A DNA stretch of 64,000 nt from Promethearchaeia archaeon (GTDB taxonomy: Archaea; Asgardarchaeota; Lokiarchaeia; Sigyniarchaeales; SOKP01). Below the pieces are notes generated by a model. It saw only the letters and a list, made by a program, of their open reading frames with translations. It was not told where the DNA came from and did no database searches. This document shows, one piece after another, positions 41,086 to 51,603 of this stretch. A program made the position numbers and the translations under genes. The stretch is from contig JAHQWG010000047.1 of the NCBI GenBank assembly GCA_029856045.1, positions 160,001-224,000 on the forward strand, written 5' to 3'. Every line of letters starts with the position of its first letter. Position 1 is the first letter of the stretch.

Positions 41086-41929
41086 AATAGTGAAATTAGG
41101 AACTAATATCGAAAATACCTGGTGCCTAGGTTGCGGTAATTTTGGAATTTTAAATGCTTTCAAGAAAGCAATTGTTGAGCTTGAAGAAAAAGGAATTTCA
41201 CAAAATAATATTTTAATTGCTTCTGGTATTGGTTGTAGCGCAAAAATCTTTGATTATCTTAATCTCAGCGGTATTTATTCATTACATGGAAGAGATTTAG
41301 CTACAATAGAGGGAATTAAATTTGCCAATCCAAATTTAAAAACAATCACATTCTCAGGAGATGGAAATGCAATGGGCGAAGGTTTAACGCATTTACTATT
41401 TGCTGCAAAACGGAACGCAGATGTAACAATAATTATGCACAACAACGGTGTTTACGCCTTAACAACGGGACAATATACGCCGATTACTGAAAGAGGTTGG
41501 AAAGGACCTTCCACTCCCAAGGGAAGCGTTGAAGAACCTTTTAATGCTATATCTTTAGTTTTGGAAGCAGGAGCTACCTTCGTTGCTAGGTCCTATACAG
41601 CGAAAATACAGCACCTTACAGATATGATGGTTCAAGCGATAGAACATAAGGGTTTTTCTTTCTTAGAAGTTCTACAACCTTGTGTTAGCTATAATAATAC
41701 TTATAAATTATACAACGAAATTGTTGAAGAACTTGATGATATTCCTAAAAGCATTGAAGAAGCAAAATTATATGCAAAGAATAAAGATAAATTATTTATT
41801 GGAATATTTTATAGAACTGAGAAACCAACTTTTTGTGAGTTATTATATGGTGATCATAACCCAGTAGAGAAAAGGCAGTATAGAGAAGAGAGAATAAATA
41901 AAATAAAAAAAATATTAAATATTAAGTAG
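41075..41929 (+). CDS. korB: 2-oxoacid:ferredoxin oxidoreductase beta subunit (GTG at 41090 is a possible start)
   Basis: WCLGCG, SGIGCS, HGR, GDG, NNGVY.LT.GQ, LQPC. Confidence 0.92.
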   Translation: MWYKIVKLGTNIENTWCLGCGNFGILNAFKKAIVELEEKGISQNNILIASGIGCSAKIFDYLNLSGIYSLHGRDLATIEGIKFANPNLKTITFSGDGNAMGEGLTHLLFAAKRNADVTIIMHNNGVYALTTGQYTPITERGWKGPSTPKGSVEEPFNAISLVLEAGATFVARSYTAKIQHLTDMMVQAIEHKGFSFLEVLQPCVSYNNTYKLYNEIVEELDDIPKSIEEAKLYAKNKDKLFIGIFYRTEKPTFCELLYGDHNPVEKRQYREERINKIKKILNIK

Positions 41930-41974
41930 AATCGAAATTTTATTTTTTATTAAATAAATTTAGAGGTTCCTAAA

Positions 41975-42544
41975 ATGGATGTAAAAGAGGCAATAAATAA
42001 AAGAAGAGCGTATAGATCTCTTGATCCTATTAAAATTTCTGATGAATTAATACAAGATCTTGCAGAATCTGCACAATTGGCTCCATCTTGTATGAATAAA
42101 CAACCGTGGAGATTTATTTTTATTCATGATAAGAAAGTTTTAGAAAAATTATTTACTACATTAACATCGGGAAATAAATGGGTTGAAAAAGTATCTATGA
42201 TAATTGGTGTATTTAGCAATCCTAAAAATGATTGTATAATCGGAGAAAGATTTTATTATCTTTTTGATACTGGCATGGCTACAGCTTTTATTATATTAAG
42301 AGCTACTGAACTTGGGTTGATTGCGCATCCAATTGCTGGTTTTAATGAAGAGAAGGTCAAGAAAATTCTAGATCTTCCTGAAGAAATGAGATTAATTACA
42401 CTTGTGAATATTGGGAAACATTCTAAAGAAATAAATCCTAATCTTTCTGAAAGTATGAAGTTGGGAGAAAAACAACGCCCTCCGAGAAAATCAATTGATG
42501 ATTTTGTACATATTAATAAATATGACCCAAGTAAGGAAAAATAG
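41975..42544 (+). CDS. Nitroreductase family protein
   Basis: RRAYR, APSCMNKQPWRF, LRATELGL. Confidence 0.9.
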   Translation: MDVKEAINKRRAYRSLDPIKISDELIQDLAESAQLAPSCMNKQPWRFIFIHDKKVLEKLFTTLTSGNKWVEKVSMIIGVFSNPKNDCIIGERFYYLFDTGMATAFIILRATELGLIAHPIAGFNEEKVKKILDLPEEMRLITLVNIGKHSKEINPNLSESMKLGEKQRPPRKSIDDFVHINKYDPSKEK

Positions 42545-42562
42545 TTTTTAAGAGATTAAAAA

Positions 42563-44701
42563 ATGGAAAAAAGATTGTTGGATAAAAAAAAATTATCTCA
42601 AAATGATGAAATTACACATAATAAACTAATAAATGAGAAAAGTCCTTATTTACTTCAACATGCTGAAAATCCTGTTAATTGGTATCCATGGGGAAACGAA
42701 GCATTTGAAAAGGCACGAAAAGAAAATAAGCCAATATTCTTATCAATTGGATATTCTACTTGCCATTGGTGTCATGTTATGGCACATGAGTCTTTTGAAG
42801 ATACAGCAGTGGCAGAATTAATGAACGAAATCTTTGTTTCAATTAAAGTTGACAGAGAAGAGCGACCTGATATTGATAAGATCTATATGACTATATGTCA
42901 AATGATGACAGGTCAAGGGGGATGGCCACTTACGTTATTTTTAACTCCTGATAAAAAACCATTTTTTGCTGGAACCTATTTTCCTAAAGAAAGGAGATTT
43001 GGTCGAATAGGTTTGATAGAACTCATATTAAAAATAAAAGAGCTTTGGAAAATACAAAAAAACGATGTGTTAAGATCTGCAGATCAAATTACTTTTTCTT
43101 TACAAAATTTAGATTTTAAATCGCCCGGAGATAAACTTAACGAAAAAACCATTAAAAAAGCTTATAATCAATTATTGAGTCAATATGATAATAAAAATGG
43201 AGGTTTCAACAACGCTCCCAAATTTCCTACTCCACATAATCTTCTCTTTCTTTTAAGATTTTGGAAGCGTACTGGGAATAAAGAAGCTTTAGAGATGGTT
43301 GAAAATACCCTTCAAAAAATGAGGCTTGGTGGTATTTATGATCATATAGGATTTGGATTTCATCGATATTCTACAGATCCAGTTTGGCTTGTTCCCCATT
43401 TTGAAAAGATGCTCTACGATCAAGCTTTATTGGCAATTGCTTATACAGAAGCTTACCAAGCAACTAAAAAAAATATATACGCAAATACAGCTAAAGAAAT
43501 TTTTACTTATGTCTTACGTGATATGACTTCACCTGATGGGGGATTTTATTCAGCAGAGGATGCTGATAGTGAGGGTAAAGAAGGAAAGTTTTATGTATGG
43601 ACTATTGAAGAATTCCAACAAATACTTGAAGAGGAAGAAGAAGATTTAGCAAGAAAAATATTTAATTTAAAAAATCAAGGAAATTATTTAGAAGAAACAA
43701 CTAAAAAAAAGACAAGTCATAATATATTGCATCTTAAAGATTCATTGACCAACCTTTCTAAAGAATTAAACATTTCTGAAAAGGATTTAACATTTAGGAT
43801 AGAAAAAATTCGCGAAAAATTATTCAAAATTAGAGATGAACGAGTTCATCCCCATAAAGATGATAAGATATTAGCTGATTGGAACGGATTAATGATTGCT
43901 GCATTTGCTAAAGGAGCTCAAATTTTTGGCGATTCTATTTATTTAAATGTTGCAAAAAAAGCGGCAAATTTTATACTTTCAAATATGCGGAAACCAAACA
44001 ATAGATTATTACATCGATATAGAGAAGGAGATGCTGAAATTGATGCTTACCTAAATGATTATATCTTCTTAATATGGGGATTTATTGAATTATATGAAAC
44101 TAGTTTAGAAGTCACTTTTCTTAAGAATGCTCTGGAATTAAATAAAGAAGTAATAGATCATTTTTGGGATGATTCAGTAGGTGGTTTCTTTTTTACTGCC
44201 AATGATGGTGAGACACTTTTAACTCGTCAGAAAGAGATCTACGATGGAGCAATCCCATCAGGAAATTCTGTAGCTATGTTAAATTTATTAAGATTGAGTT
44301 ATTTAACTGGAGATCACGAGTTAGAAGAAAAAGCGGATATTTTAAGTAGAGTTTTTGCTGAACGAGTTAATAATTCACCGATTGCGCATACTCAATTAAT
44401 GGTTGCAGTTGATTTTAGCGTTGGTCCAACCTTTACAATAGTAATTGTTGGTGATGCTGAAGAAATTAATACGCAAGAAATGTTAGCATATATTCATAAT
44501 CAATTTCTCCCAAATATATCATTAATTCAGAGAAATATAAAACAGGTTCCTCCAGAAATCGATGTATTTATAAATTATATCCATAATTACAATAAAATAG
44601 ATAATAAAACTACTGCTTATATATGCACAAATAAAACCTGTAAACCTCCAATAACAGATGTCAATAAATTGTTAAAACTTATTAATCCAAGATGGAATTA
44701 A
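42563..44701 (+). CDS. YyaL/SPATA20-like thioredoxin-domain protein
   Basis: [47 protein letters not shown]. Confidence 0.93.
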   Translation: MEKRLLDKKKLSQNDEITHNKLINEKSPYLLQHAENPVNWYPWGNEAFEKARKENKPIFLSIGYSTCHWCHVMAHESFEDTAVAELMNEIFVSIKVDREERPDIDKIYMTICQMMTGQGGWPLTLFLTPDKKPFFAGTYFPKERRFGRIGLIELILKIKELWKIQKNDVLRSADQITFSLQNLDFKSPGDKLNEKTIKKAYNQLLSQYDNKNGGFNNAPKFPTPHNLLFLLRFWKRTGNKEALEMVENTLQKMRLGGIYDHIGFGFHRYSTDPVWLVPHFEKMLYDQALLAIAYTEAYQATKKNIYANTAKEIFTYVLRDMTSPDGGFYSAEDADSEGKEGKFYVWTIEEFQQILEEEEEDLARKIFNLKNQGNYLEETTKKKTSHNILHLKDSLTNLSKELNISEKDLTFRIEKIREKLFKIRDERVHPHKDDKILADWNGLMIAAFAKGAQIFGDSIYLNVAKKAANFILSNMRKPNNRLLHRYREGDAEIDAYLNDYIFLIWGFIELYETSLEVTFLKNALELNKEVIDHFWDDSVGGFFFTANDGETLLTRQKEIYDGAIPSGNSVAMLNLLRLSYLTGDHELEEKADILSRVFAERVNNSPIAHTQLMVAVDFSVGPTFTIVIVGDAEEINTQEMLAYIHNQFLPNISLIQRNIKQVPPEIDVFINYIHNYNKIDNKTTAYICTNKTCKPPITDVNKLLKLINPRWN

Positions 44702-45873
44702 AAGTTATGAATGGTATTTGGGATGTTAAATCCGATGTTGTGAAAAGAGGAGATAATAATAGAGATGTTTCGCCTTTAACTGGCAAAACAGGAAAGGATG
44801 AAAACGGTTTCACTCACTATGTATTCAGCAAAGTTTTATTTAATAATCCGTGGTATGTCATCCCTGATGATAACATTGAATTATTCGAGAAATTTTTAAA
44901 AGGAGGTTCAAGGCATTATCCATCCGATGGAAGCATACCTTGTGATATAGTTGCTAAGGAAACAAGAATAATTTTAAATAAAATAGTAGAAATCGCTAAT
45001 GACCCTAGCGATAAATATTATGAAGATGCGCGTAAAACATTAGAAAATGGTAAATATGCATTGGTTAGAGGGACTTTAAAATTATATTTAGGCAAATATG
45101 CTACGAGAGATTGGAGAAGAAAAAGATTTACTGATGATATTGACTTCTGGATTTTCAACATGGATTTATATGAGCACGTGTTAAAAGAAAATGGTTGGAA
45201 AAGGATATCAGATACAAAAGAATGGGAAAAACAAATTCAGTGGGTTAATCTTATTAGAAATGAAAGGGAAGCAAATATGCTTATTGCAGCAAATGATATA
45301 AACTTATTATTGGATTTCGGGTCAGGAGCTTATCTTGAAGGTACAAGCCTAAAGGCAATTTTTAGCAAAAAAATAAAAAGAGGTCATGATGTTGACCTTA
45401 GTGATTTATTAAATGTAGCCATAGTTAATGGATGCGATTATAAACATTGCGGAGAAAGGCTTAGAGAAGAAGAGTGGCTTAATGCTTGGATTGCATTTGA
45501 GGAGGCCGTTAATACAAGAAATACACGAACAACTTCGAATTTGATAACTCTTTGTCGATATTCGTTAGGAATTGCTGATCACTTAGAAAGGGTTGCAAAA
45601 TCGATAAATAAATATCATTATAAGATACTTGATAACTCTGAATATCCAGATAACGAATTAGAGAGAATATGTAGAATATCAATTCATTGGATTGAATTTC
45701 TTTCGTCTCATGGTCATAATAATACTCGGAAAATGCTTCATGATTATTTAATAGAGCAAAGAGATTTTAAATTTCAACATTCAAAAAATCTTAGAGCTTT
45801 TACTGAAAAAGTACTAAATCTTCTTAATTCTAAATATTCACATTTGAAGATTTTTTTTGAAATTGAAAATTAA
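44692..45873 (+). CDS. Hypothetical protein with a nucleotidyltransferase-like motif (ATG at 44707 is an alternative start)
   Basis: LVRGT...Y...R.TDDIDFW and K..R...D..D resemble AbiEii-type NTase motifs. Confidence 0.55.
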   Translation: MELKVMNGIWDVKSDVVKRGDNNRDVSPLTGKTGKDENGFTHYVFSKVLFNNPWYVIPDDNIELFEKFLKGGSRHYPSDGSIPCDIVAKETRIILNKIVEIANDPSDKYYEDARKTLENGKYALVRGTLKLYLGKYATRDWRRKRFTDDIDFWIFNMDLYEHVLKENGWKRISDTKEWEKQIQWVNLIRNEREANMLIAANDINLLLDFGSGAYLEGTSLKAIFSKKIKRGHDVDLSDLLNVAIVNGCDYKHCGERLREEEWLNAWIAFEEAVNTRNTRTTSNLITLCRYSLGIADHLERVAKSINKYHYKILDNSEYPDNELERICRISIHWIEFLSSHGHNNTRKMLHDYLIEQRDFKFQHSKNLRAFTEKVLNLLNSKYSHLKIFFEIEN

Positions 45874-45992
45874 AAGAAAACTTTATTATAATCGAAATAA
45901 TTGATGGTTTATTTACAATAATAGACTTAAGTTTCTCAAGAGAATTAAATGGATTTTTAGTAATTCATAAAAAAAATGAAAAAAAAATAATT

Positions 45993-46787
45993 TCATTTAT
46001 CTTCAAGTAATATTACTTTATCCACAAATAACTCGTAATTATTATCTTCATCGAAATCGTGTATGACAACCTTTTCTACATCCTCAAATCCTTTTATTTC
46101 TAGAAGCTCAGATTCGTATATAATTTTAACATCAGATATTTTTAATTTTTCTTGTATTTCTGCATTACCAGGAGTAGATTTACTGTAAGTGACTACTACA
46201 ACTCTTCCAGTATGTTTTGTTAATTCTAATGCGATTTTTAAGGAATTGTCTCCGTTATCTACAATTAATACTCTTTTATCGTTAAATTCTGATAAATTAT
46301 CTGCTTTCTTATAAGTTCCCTTACCAAGAAACTCATTAAAACCTATGATATTTTTTTCTTCTAATTGACAAGCAGTAATTACATCAACTTCTGGATTTTC
46401 ACCGTCTCTATAATTGCGAATTGCTGCTTGAAGCGCATCAGCTGCCAAATTAGAACAATGCATTTTAATCGGTGGTAATCCATCGAGTTCATCTGCCACA
46501 TCAGATCTCGTTATTTTATACGCTTCGTTAAGCGTTTTTCCCTTGGCCATTTCAGTAATCATAGAAGAAGTCGCCACAGCAGAACCACAACCAAATGTTT
46601 TAAACTTAATATCTTCTATTATTTCCTCGCCTTTTTCGTTTTTACCGACCTTGATATAAATCCACATAAGATCTCCGCATACTGGATTTCCAACTTTTCC
46701 CATACCGTCTGGAGTTTCTATTTCTCCCATATTTCTTGGGTTTCTAAAGTGATCTAATACTTTTTCAGAATATGTTGTTGATTTCAT
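45993..46787 (-). CDS. IscU fused to a degenerate thioredoxin-reductase NADPH-binding domain
   Basis: N-terminal IscU with three Cys; C-terminal G..EFLGKG...KRVLIV..G..S...AL.L...EIKG...VE.V...EL.VD.V. Confidence 0.85.
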   Translation of the reverse strand: MKSTTYSEKVLDHFRNPRNMGEIETPDGMGKVGNPVCGDLMWIYIKVGKNEKGEEIIEDIKFKTFGCGSAVATSSMITEMAKGKTLNEAYKITRSDVADELDGLPPIKMHCSNLAADALQAAIRNYRDGENPEVDVITACQLEEKNIIGFNEFLGKGTYKKADNLSEFNDKRVLIVDNGDNSLKIALELTKHTGRVVVVTYSKSTPGNAEIQEKLKISDVKIIYESELLEIKGFEDVEKVVIHDFDEDNNYELFVDKVILLEDK

Positions 46788-46788
46788 A

Positions 46789-47982
46789 TTATTTTTTTAC
46801 CTCATTATATTGTTTTAATAAATCAGAAGGAGTTAAAGGTGATAAAATTCTTAATTTTTTAACAATATCAGGTAATACTTCTACAACTTTATCAATATCG
46901 GATTCTTTTGTGTATCGACCCATTGAGAGAAGTAAACTACCGTGAGCTTCTTCATGTAGCAATCCCATTGCGATAAGTGTGTGGGATGGCTCTAAAGTTT
47001 TAGAACTGCAAGCAGAACCTGTTGCTGCAGATACATTTTGATCTCTTAATGATAAGATTAATGATTCACCTTCAATATATTCAAATCTAAAATGAGCATT
47101 ACTGGGAAGCCTTTTGTCGGGATGGCCATTTAAATAAGATTTAGGTATTGACGATAAAACCTCCGAAATGAGCTTATCTTTAAAACCTTTCAAACGGTTT
47201 GCCTCTTGATTTATTTCTTGTTTCATAATTTCAGCTGCTTTACCAAATCCCACAATATCTTGCATATTTTCGGAGCCTGATCTCATACCTCTTTCTTGAC
47301 CACCTCCTATAATAATAGGATTCACTTTCACTCCTTTTTTTAAGTATAACGCACCAACACCTCGAGGTCCATAAATATCATTTGAAGAAAAAGTCATTAA
47401 ATCTACTGGAACATTTTGCACATCAATAGGAATAACATTTTCAATTGCTACAGCATCTGTGTGAAACAAAATACCTTTTTCTTGTGCTATCTCGCTAATC
47501 TCCGCTATGGGTTGGAGAGATCCTACTTCATTACTAGCAGAGGTAATTGAAATTAGAATTGTATTCTCTCTAATTAAACGTTTTAATTTTTCTATATTGA
47601 TGACACCAAATTTATCAACACCAACCCTTGAAACTTCAAAACCTTGTCTTTCTAAGTATTTTCCAATATTTAATATCGAAATATGCTCAATCTCAGAAAT
47701 TATAATATGATTTCCCTTTCTTTTTCTATTTAAAGCCGCACCAATTAGTCCTAAATTACTGGCTTCCGTTGCACTAGATGTAAATATTATACTCTCTGGA
47801 CTTGGAGCATTAATGAAATCCGCAATTTTTTGACGCGATTCTTTTAAGGCATTGGTAGCATCATCTCCATCAAAATGTAGAGATGCGGGATTTGCAAAAA
47901 TTTTATTATAATATGGTCTCATTGCAGATAGAACCCTTGGATCAACTGGTTTAGCTGCTTGATAATCTAAATATACACTCAT
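46789..47982 (-). CDS. Cysteine desulfurase family protein (second copy, atypical PLP motif)
   Basis: YLDY.A, EH.S, HTDAV, TGSACSS; SSND.YGP in place of SAHK.YGP. Confidence 0.85.
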   Translation of the reverse strand: MSVYLDYQAAKPVDPRVLSAMRPYYNKIFANPASLHFDGDDATNALKESRQKIADFINAPSPESIIFTSSATEASNLGLIGAALNRKRKGNHIIISEIEHISILNIGKYLERQGFEVSRVGVDKFGVINIEKLKRLIRENTILISITSASNEVGSLQPIAEISEIAQEKGILFHTDAVAIENVIPIDVQNVPVDLMTFSSNDIYGPRGVGALYLKKGVKVNPIIIGGGQERGMRSGSENMQDIVGFGKAAEIMKQEINQEANRLKGFKDKLISEVLSSIPKSYLNGHPDKRLPSNAHFRFEYIEGESLILSLRDQNVSAATGSACSSKTLEPSHTLIAMGLLHEEAHGSLLLSMGRYTKESDIDKVVEVLPDIVKKLRILSPLTPSDLLKQYNEVKK

Positions 47983-48042
47983 TTTATCAATTTTCCCTCC
48001 ACTTTAATTTTTGAAAATAATTTAATTTGTATTTTTTAAATG

Positions 48043-48405
48043 TTAAAACCACATAGTAGCATCTGCTTCTAAAACTAAATCGTTTAGAGTAGCAGCTCCA
48101 ACAATTTTTATTCCTGATATTAATTCAACTTTATCCAATCCTAACATTCTTTTTGAAGCTTCACAAACAAAAATCTCGACACCAGCTTCAAGAGTCTTGT
48201 CTAGCATTTCTTTCACAGATGGGAATTCTCCGAGTTTTATTCTATCCGCTTCTCCAGGCTTTAGTATTCGTAATCCTGTACCTAAATAATATACTTTTGC
48301 ATCAATATCCATAGCCTTAGCCGTTTGAGCTAAAACTAATGGAGAATATTGTTTTTCAGGATTGTCACTGGTTTGAACATATAATATAAACTTTTTCTCA
48401 CTCAT
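48043..48405 (-). CDS. DsrE/F-like protein
   Basis: P.VLA.TA.AM, VEIFVCE.S, GAATL. Confidence 0.8.
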   Translation of the reverse strand: MSEKKFILYVQTSDNPEKQYSPLVLAQTAKAMDIDAKVYYLGTGLRILKPGEADRIKLGEFPSVKEMLDKTLEAGVEIFVCEASKRMLGLDKVELISGIKIVGAATLNDLVLEADATMWF

Positions 48406-48418
48406 TTCTTTCCCTCCA

Positions 48419-48670
48419 TTATTTTATTAGTTTTTTAAATAAAAATATTAAATCATTATCTTCCTTTCTAAAACCTAAGATCTCGGTGCCAGTCCTTTTT
48501 GCCCACCTATGCAAATCTTCATCAGCAGCAGGATCATCTGCTATAACTTTGAAAATTTGGCCATAATCAAGTGTTTCGTATAAATTTCTAACCTCAAATA
48601 AGGGTTCAGGACAATACAATCCTCTTGTATCTAATTCTTCTTCAATTTCTTTATTTTCTTCACTTTTCAT
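48419..48670 (-). CDS. tusA: TusA/SirA sulfur carrier
   Basis: LDTRGLYCPEP, ADDP; ATG at 48670 after GGAG is preferred over the track TTG at 48691. Confidence 0.88.
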   Translation of the reverse strand: MKSEENKEIEEELDTRGLYCPEPLFEVRNLYETLDYGQIFKVIADDPAADEDLHRWAKRTGTEILGFRKEDNDLIFLFKKLIK

Positions 48671-48987
48671 TTTACGAGTCTCCTTTTTCAAATTTAAAAT
48701 ATTTAAATTACAAATTAAAAAGGATTTATTAATAAATTCTAATCCTTAAATAAAGACAAACCAGAAAAAACTTAAATATTCTCATTATTTTTTAATGAAA
48801 ATATTTGTATTTTGAAATACTACAATAAATACTATAGGAATTAATTTTATAATATATAAATTTCAAGCAAAATGATGATTAAAATCTATCAAATTCCAGT
48901 TTTGTTAATTTATAACTTTTTAAGATAAAGTCTTAAATGTATGATATTCTTAGTTATTTCATATTATTCTTTTAAATCAATGCGATT

Positions 48988-50319
48988 ATGACTAATGCTT
49001 TTTTACAAATAGTAGTAATAATTTGTTTCATTGTTTTAGTGATAGTGTTATTTTTCGAGAAACTAGATTATTTAATATACTCAATAGCTATTATTGTTGT
49101 GGCTGGATTGTTCACGGCAATTTTTATCCCTGAAGCTCAAGATTTAGAGAATTATTTTAATTCAATAGAATGGGAAATCGTTTTTTTTTTAATAACATTT
49201 TTCTGTATTGTAGAAATTCTAAATGAAAAAGGATTTTTTCACGAGCTTGCAAGACGACTTGTTAATCGATATAAATCAAATTTAAGAAAGCTATTTTATA
49301 TAATTTGTATAATATCAACTTTAACTGCAGCTTTTATTGAAGATTTATCAGTAGCAATTATTTTTGTCCCGATTATTATTCTAGCTTGTCAGGAACTCGA
49401 AATAAATTCTACTCCATTCTTATTGGGAATGACAATATGTATTAATTTAGCGTCAACCTTAACACCATTCGGTTCTGCTCAAAATATTTTAATTGCTAAT
49501 CATTTTAATTTATCTACATTATGGTTTATTATAAATTTGGGACCTTTTTTTGTGATTTCGACTGCTTTGACTTTATTTTTTTTAGATCAATTCGTACTCA
49601 CAAAAGAAGTTAAGCATCCAACTCCAGGCATGTGTGAGGATATTGAAGGAAAAGAAGTTCTTCAGCAAATTGAGGTTGAAGATAAAGTATTTAAGAACAA
49701 TTTTTATGGTTTTATCATTCTTATTATTTTATTAATTATAATTCCCAGTATTCTTATTGCAGGATTAATTGGATTAGTAATTTTTGTATTATTGAATCCT
49801 GTTAAAGATAAGAAAGGAAAATCCCATCCAAATGTATCGCATTATTTGCGTAAAGTTGATTATAAACTAATTTTTTTCTTCATATGTTTGTTTATATTAG
49901 TTTATCTAATGGAATTGAACGGGACAATCATATTCATTGAAGATTTCTTTGTTCAAATATCAACTGATAATCTTTTTCTGTTGTGCTTAATGATTTTAAT
50001 TATAACGAGCGTATTATCTGGTTTTATAGATAACACACCTGTTACTATTATGTTTATACCTATTGTAGAAATTCTTATTGGCATCGGAGGGGTTAATTCA
50101 ATTCCCGTGTTGATTGCATTTATCACTGGAATTAATATAGGTGGAAATTTCTTACCTCAAGGATCTGCTTGTGATATGATGACCTTAGAATTAGCAACGA
50201 AAGAGTGCGTTCCTGGAATGAATTACAAAAAATTAACAAAAATTGGAGGTATTTTTGCCTTAATTCATGTATTATTGGCGATTGGTTATATTACAATAAT
50301 TATTTTTTTATTCCCTTGA
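48988..50319 (+). CDS. ArsB/NhaD/SLC13-family ion transporter
   Basis: About 11 TM, TPFGS.QN, SGFIDNTP, GGN..P.GS. Confidence 0.85.
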   Translation: MTNAFLQIVVIICFIVLVIVLFFEKLDYLIYSIAIIVVAGLFTAIFIPEAQDLENYFNSIEWEIVFFLITFFCIVEILNEKGFFHELARRLVNRYKSNLRKLFYIICIISTLTAAFIEDLSVAIIFVPIIILACQELEINSTPFLLGMTICINLASTLTPFGSAQNILIANHFNLSTLWFIINLGPFFVISTALTLFFLDQFVLTKEVKHPTPGMCEDIEGKEVLQQIEVEDKVFKNNFYGFIILIILLIIIPSILIAGLIGLVIFVLLNPVKDKKGKSHPNVSHYLRKVDYKLIFFFICLFILVYLMELNGTIIFIEDFFVQISTDNLFLLCLMILIITSVLSGFIDNTPVTIMFIPIVEILIGIGGVNSIPVLIAFITGINIGGNFLPQGSACDMMTLELATKECVPGMNYKKLTKIGGIFALIHVLLAIGYITIIIFLFP

Positions 50320-50364
50320 GTATTTAATATCCAATTTTCACTTTTTTTAGATATTCAAATGCAG

Positions 50365-50515
50365 AATAAGTGGCAATTACTCCATCAGGTTGTTATTAAA
50401 GAGCAATATATAAATGAGTTGGTTCAAGTTGTTGATGATCTTTCGATTCCGCTAGAGATTTAACTTCAACAAAAGCTTCATGCAATTTTATTGAAAAACT
50501 ATCAAATCTCATCAT
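50365..50515 (-). pseudogene. clpB: 5' remnant of clpB
   Basis: ATG 11 bp after the dnaJ stop: MMRFDSFSIKLHEAFVEVKSLAESKDHQQLEPTHLYIAL**QPDGVI, matching the ClpB N-terminus; tandem TAA at 50393-50398, rest of gene absent. Confidence 0.75.
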
Positions 50516-50526
50516 TTTACATCACT

Positions 50527-51531
50527 TTATAATCCTAAATTTTTTAATTTTAATAATAAGTCTTTCTGTTCTCTCGTTAATTTTTTGGGAACTTTAATTT
50601 TTACTTTCACCAATAAATCACCTCTTTGATCTGAATTCAATTTATAAAATCCTTGATTTTTTAATCTAAGAGTGGCATAAGGTTGAGTTCTTGAAGGAAT
50701 ATTTACATTTAAAGTACCCCCATCGATTTTAGGAACTTTAATTTTACCCCCTAATGTTGCAACTGAGAATGGTATTTCTTTTTCAATATAGAGATCATTG
50801 GTTCTTCTTTCAAAAATTGTATGATTCTCAATGTGAATTGCGATATAAAGGTCGCCATTTGGACCACCATATTCTCCCGGAATACCTTTACCTTTAAGTC
50901 TTAATTTCTGATTATCATGTACTCCTCTAGGAATTTTTATTGATAGGGTAGTTTTTTTATTAGTAGCAGGATCTATATATTGAACCTTTCTAGTACCCCC
51001 ATAAAATGCTTCCATAAAATTAATTTCCATATCATATCTCAAATCATCACCTTCTCGAGGGATATTTGGTCTTACCCTTGCTCTTGTACTCCCACTTCTT
51101 TTATTTGAAAAAACATCAAATATATCTCCCAAATCGTTAAAGAAATCGAAATTGGATCCTGAGAATCCCCCCGAACCTCCCATATTTTTGAAAAATTCGC
51201 TAAAATCTCTAGGATTTCCGGAGCTAGTATATACATAAGTTTCATCAGGAGTTCTATTAAAATTTGAACGACTCCTACCAGGGGTAGCTTGATAATATGT
51301 TGAGCGATCACCATCTACTACTCCAAATTTATTGTACATCTCCCTCTTTTTATCATCATTCAAGACGCTATAAGCTTCATTAATTTCTTTAAATTTTTCT
51401 CCAGATTTTAGTTCGTCTGGATTTACATCAGGGTGATATTTTCTCGCCATTTTTCGAAAAGCGCGTTTTATTTCTTCCTTAGTAGCGCTTTTATCTATTC
51501 CTAAAATTTTATAATAATCTTTCTTTGGCAA
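50527..51531 (-). CDS. dnaJ: DnaJ class B / CbpA-like co-chaperone (no Zn finger)
   Basis: DYY.ILG, HPD, G/F-rich linker, C-terminal GDLY domains, no CxxCxGxG repeats. Confidence 0.9.
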   Translation of the reverse strand: MPKKDYYKILGIDKSATKEEIKRAFRKMARKYHPDVNPDELKSGEKFKEINEAYSVLNDDKKREMYNKFGVVDGDRSTYYQATPGRSRSNFNRTPDETYVYTSSGNPRDFSEFFKNMGGSGGFSGSNFDFFNDLGDIFDVFSNKRSGSTRARVRPNIPREGDDLRYDMEINFMEAFYGGTRKVQYIDPATNKKTTLSIKIPRGVHDNQKLRLKGKGIPGEYGGPNGDLYIAIHIENHTIFERRTNDLYIEKEIPFSVATLGGKIKVPKIDGGTLNVNIPSRTQPYATLRLKNQGFYKLNSDQRGDLLVKVKIKVPKKLTREQKDLLLKLKNLGL

Positions 51532-51603
51532 AATTATTCACCCCAGCACAGTTCTTAATTTAAAAAAATAAAAAAATATTAAAAAAAAACAAATATTTTT
51601 ATT

